Source of the DNA: Rhodothermales bacterium
Lineage (GTDB): Bacteria > Bacteroidota > Rhodothermia > Rhodothermales > JANQRZ01
Direction: 5' to 3'
DNA length: 64,000 nucleotides
NCBI GenBank assembly: GCA_965214485.1
Contig: CBDCBW010000002.1
Span: 107,759-171,758 of the forward strand
Numbering within the stretch: position 1 is the first letter of the stretch; each line of letters opens with the position of its first letter. A program made the position numbers and the translations under genes. Shown piece after piece: positions 57,906 to 64,000 of the stretch. The notes under the pieces were generated by a model. It saw nothing but the letters and a program-made list of their open reading frames with translations. It was not told where the DNA came from and searched no databases.

Positions 57906-58772
57906 ATGCACCCCGACACGCTCCCCCCCCACTTCGAGGCTTCGCTCCAGGCGGTCCGCGACTTTCTCGCCACCCTGTTCGGCGGCGACCTGGACCTTGC
58001 CACCCAGCTCGGCGAGGCGACCGACGGCCTCGCAACCGACCGCCTCCTCGTCGCCGGAAGCTCGGAGGCGGGCGAGGCGCTCTTCGCCGTCGTGCTGGAC
58101 GAGGGCTGGGCCCCAGTCCTCTCCCAGGCCGTGCTGGACGAGACCCGGACGGCCGACGAGGCGGCGGACCTCTTGCTGGACGTGGCCGCGCAGACGTACG
58201 GCGCGCTTCGCCTGCAGGCGAAGGCCGACGGCCTCGCGCTCCCCGACGTCGTCTTCACCGTGGGCGACCTGCCGGCGCTCGCGGAGCCGGTGAGCGCCCT
58301 CACGTTCGAGTGGGCTCGCGGGGACGAGCCGCTGGCGGGCGGCCTCCTGTTCCCCACCGAGGCGCTCCGCGTGCCCCCGCCCCGCGTGGAGCCCGAGGCT
58401 TCGAGCGGGCCGGCGGGAAGCGGGCTGGTGGGCGGGCCCGAGATCATCGAGGTCTCCCCTTCGTCGTTCGCGGACTTCGGTGCCGAGCACTTCGTGAGCG
58501 GCGACGGCGGGAGCGGCAACCTGGAGGCGCTCTCGGACGTGGAGCTCGAGGTCACCGTCGAGCTGGGCCGCCGCCGGCTCCCGCTGGCCGACGTGCTCCG
58601 GCTGACGACGGGGAGCATCGTCGAGCTCGAGAAGCTGGTCGGGCAGCCGCTGGAGATTTACGCCAACGGCCGCCTCATCGCCGAGGGCGAGGCGGTGGTG
58701 ATCGATGAGCAGTTCGGCGTGCGCGTGACGGGTCTCGCCGCGCGCAGCCGGCAGCCGAAGGCGCTGCTGTAG
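57906..58772 (+). CDS. fliN: Flagellar motor switch protein FliN with a ~200-aa N-terminal extension (FliY-like length)
   Basis: C-terminal SpoA domain LSDVELEVTVELGRRRLPLADVLRLTTGSIVELEKLVGQPLEIYANGRLIAEGEAVVIDEQFGVRV. Confidence 0.85.
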   Translation: MHPDTLPPHFEASLQAVRDFLATLFGGDLDLATQLGEATDGLATDRLLVAGSSEAGEALFAVVLDEGWAPVLSQAVLDETRTADEAADLLLDVAAQTYGALRLQAKADGLALPDVVFTVGDLPALAEPVSALTFEWARGDEPLAGGLLFPTEALRVPPPRVEPEASSGPAGSGLVGGPEIIEVSPSSFADFGAEHFVSGDGGSGNLEALSDVELEVTVELGRRRLPLADVLRLTTGSIVELEKLVGQPLEIYANGRLIAEGEAVVIDEQFGVRVTGLAARSRQPKALL

Positions 58773-58987
58773 CGGAGCCCGTGGCCGGGCCGCGCGAGCC
58801 GAGGGCTCCGGCCTGGACGCCGCCCGGTCGGCCTCGGGCGCGAACCTCTTTCCGCGCCGGGAGCGCAAGCTTTTCCGCACCCGGCGCGCCGACATCCCGC
58901 CTCGGCGTCGTCTGAGCGGGCTGTTTCGGGAGCGTAGACCGGGCGGCACCGTTTTTGGCATAGGGCCGGCCAACCCGTCCGCCGCCC

Positions 58988-59518
58988 ATGTTTCCGCCTC
59001 GCCTCCGCCCTGCCCTCGCCGCGCCGCGCCCGCTGCGCCGCGCGCTTCTGTTCGCCGGGGGCGTGCTGCTCCTGTTCCTCGCCCTCCACCTCGCCCCGGC
59101 CGCCGAGCCGGCGGGCCGCGAGGTCCGGCTCTTCAGCGCGGGCAACCTCTTAGCGCTCGCCCTCCTCGCGGGCGGCGGTGCGTGGGCGCTCCACCTCCGC
59201 AAGCGCGCGGGGGGCCGCGGCAGCGCCCCGGCGCTCTTCGAGGCCGTCGGGCAGATGCAGCTGGCGGCGGGGCAGCAGCTCCGGCTCGTCCGCTGCGGCG
59301 GCGAGGTCCTCCTGCTCGGCGTGACGGCCGGGCAGATCACGCTGCTGCGCCGCTACCCCGCCGGCACGTTCGACGCCGCCACGTTCGGGGCCGGTGCGCT
59401 CGGGGCCGGTGCGCTCGGGGCCGAGGCCGAACCGGACCTCACCTTGGGCGACGCCCCGCCGCCGCCCGGCTTCGCGGACCTCCTCCGCACCAGCCTCGGA
59501 CGGCCTACCCATGCGTGA
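58988..59518 (+). CDS. fliO: Flagellar biosynthesis protein FliO/FliZ
   Basis: TM helices, then QMQLAAGQQLRLVRCGGEVLLLGVTAGQITLL. It overlaps the fliP start. Confidence 0.6.
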   Translation: MFPPRLRPALAAPRPLRRALLFAGGVLLLFLALHLAPAAEPAGREVRLFSAGNLLALALLAGGGAWALHLRKRAGGRGSAPALFEAVGQMQLAAGQQLRLVRCGGEVLLLGVTAGQITLLRRYPAGTFDAATFGAGALGAGALGAEAEPDLTLGDAPPPPGFADLLRTSLGRPTHA

Positions 59519-60320
59519 CGCCCGCCCGGTCTGCCGGTTGCTTCTCGCCGCGCTGCTCGTCGGCCTCGCGCCGGGCGCGGCGGCGCAGGAGGTCTCGCCG
59601 GAGGTCGCCGCCGAGGCGACGGCTTCGGCGGGCGGGGCGGGCGGCGTGCTTGCGCCGCTGCCCGGCGTCTCGCTCACGAAGGGCGACGAGGACCTCGCGC
59701 TCCCGATCCAGCTTCTCCTGCTGCTGACGGTGCTCACGCTCGCGCCGTCGATCATCATCCTGATGACGAGCTTCACGCGGCTGATCGTCATCTTCAGCAT
59801 CCTGCGGACGGCGCTCGGGATGCAGCAGTCGCCGCCGACGCAGATCCTCATCGGGCTGGCGCTCTTCCTGACGTTCTTCATCATGGCCCCCGTCGTCGAG
59901 GAGGTCAACGCGAACGCGCTCGAGCCGTACCTCGCCGACAAGATCACGCAGGAGGACGCCCTCGCGCTCGCCGCCGCGCCGACGAAGGCGTTCATGCTCG
60001 AGCAGACGCGCGACAAGGACCTCATGCTGTTCATGGACATGGCCGGCATCGACGGCTTCACGGCGGTGGACGAGGTGCCGCTCCACGTCCTCGTCCCGGC
60101 GTTCGTGATCTCGGAGCTGCGGATCGCCTTCCAGATCGGGTTCATGCTGTTCCTGCCGTTCCTCGTCGTGGACCTGATCGTGGCGAGCGTGCTGATGTCG
60201 ATGGGCATGATGATGCTGCCGCCGGTGATGATCTCGCTCCCGATCAAGCTGCTGCTGTTCGTGCTGACCGACGGGTGGTACCTGATCGTCGAGTCCGTCG
60301 TGCGCGGCTACTTCGGGTAG
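59511..60320 (+). CDS. fliP: Flagellar export gate protein FliP
   Basis: LLLLTVLTLAPSIIILMTSFTRLIVIFSILRTALGMQQSPP..FLPFLVVDLIVASVLMSMGMMMLPP. Confidence 0.9.
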   Translation: MRDARPVCRLLLAALLVGLAPGAAAQEVSPEVAAEATASAGGAGGVLAPLPGVSLTKGDEDLALPIQLLLLLTVLTLAPSIIILMTSFTRLIVIFSILRTALGMQQSPPTQILIGLALFLTFFIMAPVVEEVNANALEPYLADKITQEDALALAAAPTKAFMLEQTRDKDLMLFMDMAGIDGFTAVDEVPLHVLVPAFVISELRIAFQIGFMLFLPFLVVDLIVASVLMSMGMMMLPPVMISLPIKLLLFVLTDGWYLIVESVVRGYFG

Positions 60321-60396
60321 GAGGGTGGGGGTCGGAGGCCCGAGGTTTTCCTCCTTCAAGCCCCGCCCTTCGAACCCTCAACCAACCCTCGAACTC

Positions 60397-60666
60397 ATGA
60401 ACACCGACGTGGCGCTTTTCTGGATGCGCGAGGCGATGCAGCTCGCGGTCCTCGTGACGGCTCCGCTGCTCGGCGTGGTGCTCGCCGTCGGCCTGATGGT
60501 GAGCCTGTTTCAGGCGGTGACCTCGATGCAGGAGATGACGCTGAGCTACATCCCAAAAATCCTCGCTGCCGCCGCCGTGCTGCTGCTCCTCGCGCCGTGG
60601 ATGCTGGAGATGCTGACGGACTTCGCCACGCAGGCGTTCACGTTCATCCCGAACGTCTCGCGGTGA
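60397..60666 (+). CDS. fliQ: Flagellar export gate protein FliQ
   Basis: 89 aa: APLLGVVLAVGLMVSLFQAVTSMQEMTLSYIPKILA. Confidence 0.9.
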   Translation: MNTDVALFWMREAMQLAVLVTAPLLGVVLAVGLMVSLFQAVTSMQEMTLSYIPKILAAAAVLLLLAPWMLEMLTDFATQAFTFIPNVSR

Positions 60667-60689
60667 CCCCCCGTCACGCTCGCACCCGC

Positions 60690-60810
60690 TACGGGACACG
60701 TCCCTGCGCGGGAGGCTACGCGTGACTGTCCCCCTCGTCGAGGGGGACAGCTTCGGGAGTGCCTGAGGGCGAAGCCCGATGCCCTCCCGAAGCGGGGGGT
60801 TAGAACCGCC
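60690..60810. repeat. Second copy of the multi-hairpin dispersed repeat seen at 23.06-23.18 kb
   Basis: gggacacgtccctgcgc, ctgtccccctcgtcgagggggacagcttc and gaagcgggggg occur in the same order as in the 23-kb copy. Confidence 0.75.
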
Positions 60811-60827
60811 CCCCAAACGTCCCCACC

Positions 60828-61598
60828 GTGCTCCTCGACCCCGAGTACCTCCTGCGCGTGCTGCTCGTCTTCGTCCGCATCGGCGGGCTGTTCGTGGCGG
60901 CCCCGTTCTTCGGGCAGCGGCTGATCCCGGTGCAGATCAAGGTGATGCTGGCGGCGGTGCTCGCGTTCAGCCTCGCCGGGTTCGCGGGCGGGGCGCTGCC
61001 GCCGGGCGTCGCGCACCCGGTCGGGTTCGTCGTGGCGGTCGCCGTCGAGGCGCTGACGGGGGCGCTGCTCGGGTTCGCGGCGCAGTTCGTGTTCTACGCC
61101 GTGCAGTTCGCCGGGGACGTGATCGGGTTCCAGATGAGCCTGAGCATGGCCCAGGTCTACAACCCGATCAGCGGCGAGCCGTCGAACCCGCTTGGGCGGT
61201 TTCTGACGCTGGGCTTCCTGCTGCTCTTCGTCTTTCTCGACGGGCCGCAGCAGCTCGTCGCGGCGCTTGCCTCGTCGTTCCAGGTGGTGCCGCTCGCGGG
61301 GGCCGACCTCGCCGCAGGCGGGCCGCTCTTGCTCCAGTGGACGGGCGCGTTCTTCACCACCGCGCTCCGCCTCGCGGCCCCGTTCATGGTGACGCTCTTC
61401 CTCGTCGACGTGGCCCTCGGGGTCTTCGCCCGCATCGTCCCGCAGGCCGACCTGTTCTCGCTCAGCCTGCCGCTGAAGCTGCTCACCGGGCTGAGCCTGT
61501 TCGCGCTCTTTGTCCAGCAGTTCGGCCCCGTCGCGCCGGACCTGGTGGGCCGGATGATCGAGGACGTGGCGCAGCTGATCGGCGTGCTGGTGGGGTGA
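60828..61598 (+). CDS. fliR: Flagellar export gate protein FliR
   Basis: LLVFVRIGGLFVAAPFFG.., multi-TM, 256 aa, GTG start. Confidence 0.85.
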   Translation: MLLDPEYLLRVLLVFVRIGGLFVAAPFFGQRLIPVQIKVMLAAVLAFSLAGFAGGALPPGVAHPVGFVVAVAVEALTGALLGFAAQFVFYAVQFAGDVIGFQMSLSMAQVYNPISGEPSNPLGRFLTLGFLLLFVFLDGPQQLVAALASSFQVVPLAGADLAAGGPLLLQWTGAFFTTALRLAAPFMVTLFLVDVALGVFARIVPQADLFSLSLPLKLLTGLSLFALFVQQFGPVAPDLVGRMIEDVAQLIGVLVG

Positions 61599-61737
61599 GC
61601 GCCGGAAAGGCTTTCCCGAACGAGCGGCGCGGGTTTCCGTGGCCCCGCTTCACGAGCGCATCGCTAGCGCGAGCGCCCCGGGGGGCGGTGCGTGGCACGC
61701 CGGTTGACGTGGGGCGGCAGAACCCTAGCCGCGCCCC

Positions 61738-62811
61738 GTGAGCGACCAGCCCGACCGCCAGGAGAAAATCCACGACCCGACCCCGACGCGCCTGAAGAAG
61801 GCGCGCGAGGAGGGCAACCTGTTTCGGTCGAAGGAGATGTCGTCGGTGGGGATGCTGGCCGTCAGCGCGGCCGTCCTCATCCTCGGGATGCCCGCGGCGT
61901 TCGGGGTGCTGAAGGAGCTGACGGCGCGGCTGTTCCTCGGTGCCGCCGCGATGGAGTTCACGTCGGCGAGCGTGCAAGGCCTCCTCGCAGGGCTGGGCTG
62001 GCAGGTGGGGCTCGTGCTCGCTCCGTTCTTCGCGGCCCTCATGGTGGCGGGCGTCGGGCTGAGCGTGGCGCAGACGGGCTGGACCCTCTCGGCCAAGCCG
62101 CTCGCTCCGAAGGCGAGCCGCATCTCGCCGGCGCAGGGCTTCAAGCGGATGTTCTCGTCGAAGGGCCTGTTCGAGACGGGCAAGTCGATCGCCAAGATCG
62201 CGGTCGTCGGGCCGCTCGCGTTTTTCGCCATCCAGCGCCACCTGCCGCAGATTTTGGCGCTGCACACGGTCCCGTTCGAGAGCATCTTCGTGAGCGCCGC
62301 CGGGTGGATCGCGCTGCTCCTCGTGCAGATGCTCGTCGCGCTCGCGGTGCTCTCGGCGGCGGACTTCTCGTTCGAGAAGTGGAAGTACAAGCAGGACCTC
62401 AAGATGACCGACCGCGAGGTCAAGGACGAGGCCAAGAGCCAGGACGGCGACCCGCACGTCAAGGGCAAGCGCCGGCAGATCGCGCGCGACCTCGCCCGCC
62501 GCCCGCGCCTCGACCACGCGGTGATGCAGGCCGACATCGTGGTGACGAACCCGACGCACTACGCCGTGGCGCTCGCCTACGACCCGCTCGCGGGCGGCGC
62601 GCCGCGCGTGCTCGCCAAGGGCCTGCGCAGGCGCGCGCTCCGCATCAAAGCCCTCGCCGCCGAGCAGGGCGTGCCGACGGTCGAGGACCGGCCGCTCGCG
62701 CGCGCGCTCTACGCCGCCGTGGACGAGGGGCACGAGATCGCCGAGGACCTCTACCCCGCCGTCGCCGCCGTCCTCGCCGAGGTCTACCGCGCCCGCGACG
62801 CGCGGACTTAA
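61738..62811 (+). CDS. flhB: Flagellar export switch protein FlhB
   Basis: EKIHDPTPTRLKKAREEGNLFRSKE.., with NPTH autocleavage motif (VVTNPTHYAVAL). Confidence 0.9.
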   Translation: MSDQPDRQEKIHDPTPTRLKKAREEGNLFRSKEMSSVGMLAVSAAVLILGMPAAFGVLKELTARLFLGAAAMEFTSASVQGLLAGLGWQVGLVLAPFFAALMVAGVGLSVAQTGWTLSAKPLAPKASRISPAQGFKRMFSSKGLFETGKSIAKIAVVGPLAFFAIQRHLPQILALHTVPFESIFVSAAGWIALLLVQMLVALAVLSAADFSFEKWKYKQDLKMTDREVKDEAKSQDGDPHVKGKRRQIARDLARRPRLDHAVMQADIVVTNPTHYAVALAYDPLAGGAPRVLAKGLRRRALRIKALAAEQGVPTVEDRPLARALYAAVDEGHEIAEDLYPAVAAVLAEVYRARDART

Positions 62812-62860
62812 ACGGCTTGACACTCCTGACCAGGGCGACCACCCCGGCGCCCCTACGGTC

Positions 62861-62930
62861 TCACCGTCTCACCGTTCACCGTCTCCCTGTTGACCGTCTC
62901 ACCGTTCACCGTCTCACCGTTCACCGTCCG
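62861..62930. repeat. 15-bp tandem repeat (tcaccgtctcaccgt, about 4.7 copies) immediately upstream of flhA
   Basis: Read directly, ending 3 nt before the candidate GTG start. Confidence 0.9.
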
Positions 62931-62932
62931 CT

Positions 62933-64000
62933 GTGCCGAACCCTCCTGCTCCTGGCCCGCCGGTCGCGCCCCCGACGTTCCGCGTCGGGACCGACATGGT
63001 GGTGGCGGGCAGCGTGGTGTTCGTGCTCTTCGTGCTCGTCGTGCCCCTCCCGGGGTTTCTGCTCGACCTGCTGCTCGCGACCAACATCGCGATCAGCCTC
63101 GCGGTGCTGCTGACGGCGTTCTACGCGAACCGGCCGCTCGACTTCGCCATCTTCCCCGGCCTGCTGTTGATGACGACGCTCTTCCGGCTGTCGCTCAACG
63201 TGGCGAGCACGCGGCTGATCCTGAGCGAGGCCAAGGCGGGGTCGCTGATCGCGGCGTTCGGCGACTTCGTGGTCGCGGGCAACTACGTCGTCGGGGGGAT
63301 CGTCTTCCTGGTCCTGGTCCTCATCAACTTCGTCGTCATCACGAAGGGCTCGGGGCGGATCGCGGAGGTCGGGGCGCGCTTCACGCTCGACGCGCTCCCG
63401 GGCAAGCAGATGGCGATCGACGCCGACCTCAACGCCGGGCTGATCGGCGAGGCCGAGGCGCGGCAGCGCCGCGACGACGTCTCGCGCGAGGCCGACTTCT
63501 ACGGCGCGATGGACGGGGCCTCGAAGTTCGTCCGGGGCGACGCCATCGCCGGGCTCATCATCACGGCCGTCAACATCGTCGGCGGGCTGCTCATCGGCGC
63601 GGCGCAGCACGGGATGTCGATTGCCGAGGCCGCGCAGACGTTCACCCTCCTCTCGATCGGCGACGGCCTGGTGAGCCAGATTCCGGCCCTCCTCATCTCG
63701 ACCGCGGCGGGCATCATCGTCAGCCGCGCCTCAGGCGAGGGCAACCTCGCCGGCGAGCTCAAGGGCCAGCTCTTCACCAAGTCGCAGCCGATCCTGCTGA
63801 CCGGCGGCTTCCTCGCGCTGCTCGGGCTGATGCCGGGGCTGCCGCTCCTGCCGTTCTGGATGCTCGCCGCCGGCACGCTCTTCCTCGGCAAGACGCGGAG
63901 CGACGCCGAGCACGCCGCCGCCGTCGAGGTCTACGAGGCCGAGCAGGAGTCCGCCGCCGAGGCCGAGGTCGAGACCAAGCCCGCCGACCTCCTCCTCGTC
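62933..64000 (+). CDS. flhA: Flagellar export apparatus protein FlhA (N-terminal part; runs off the window end)
   Basis: [60 protein letters not shown]. Not in the ORF track because no stop lies in the window. The start is GTG 62933 or ATG 62996. Confidence 0.9.
   Translation, partial: MPNPPAPGPPVAPPTFRVGTDMVVAGSVVFVLFVLVVPLPGFLLDLLLATNIAISLAVLLTAFYANRPLDFAIFPGLLLMTTLFRLSLNVASTRLILSEAKAGSLIAAFGDFVVAGNYVVGGIVFLVLVLINFVVITKGSGRIAEVGARFTLDALPGKQMAIDADLNAGLIGEAEARQRRDDVSREADFYGAMDGASKFVRGDAIAGLIITAVNIVGGLLIGAAQHGMSIAEAAQTFTLLSIGDGLVSQIPALLISTAAGIIVSRASGEGNLAGELKGQLFTKSQPILLTGGFLALLGLMPGLPLLPFWMLAAGTLFLGKTRSDAEHAAAVEVYEAEQESAAEAEVETKPADLLLV

Overview
A 64-kb window of very GC-rich DNA (by eye about 70%). 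This creates long spurious ORFs in nearly every frame, so calls rest on protein motifs, third-position GC and gene packing. No searches were run, and family names are recalled from motifs. Six proteins end in a Bacteroidota/Rhodothermota-type T9SS C-terminal sorting domain (xYPNP...), which suggests a Rhodothermales-like host. Positions 1-38.4 kb hold housekeeping and accessory genes (MscS, a split heterodimeric ABC exporter with rnz between the halves, SDR, DUF3008, DUF427, lysophospholipase-like hydrolase, IYD-like nitroreductase, deaminase, SIMPL, queA, fahA, a transsulfuration enzyme, a CDP-alcohol transferase). These are interleaved with large T9SS cargo genes: a CSLREA beta-helix protein, an S1 protease with a P-domain, a P-domain protein, an S8 protease and a BNR propeller. 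Positions 38.8-64 kb hold a Bacillus/spirochaete-style flagellar cluster: flgM, a divergent sigma54 response regulator plus soluble histidine kinase, then flgBC-orf-fliEFGHIJ-motE-like-fliK-flgD-flg_new-flgE, a hairpin, then cheY-like-motAB-fliLMNOPQR-flhBA (flhA runs off the end). No rRNA, tRNA, CRISPR array, transposase or integrase was recognised. The observations most worth a second look are these. (1) A CheY paralogue lacks the phospho-acceptor Asp (D57G, K109R) and sits where flbD/swrD normally lies, behind a sigma28-like promoter. (2) A duplicated fahA 3' end with a 53-bp identical core brackets a 5.3-kb lower-GC cassette of two T9SS cargo genes. (3) Perfect 12-20 bp tandem duplications are pervasive; they are in-frame inside genes and two of them span stop codons. 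(4) An unassigned ORF is wedged between flgC and fliE. (5) Two dispersed hairpin repeat families, a homopurine/homopyrimidine tract and a 540-bp structured spacer lie outside any gene call.
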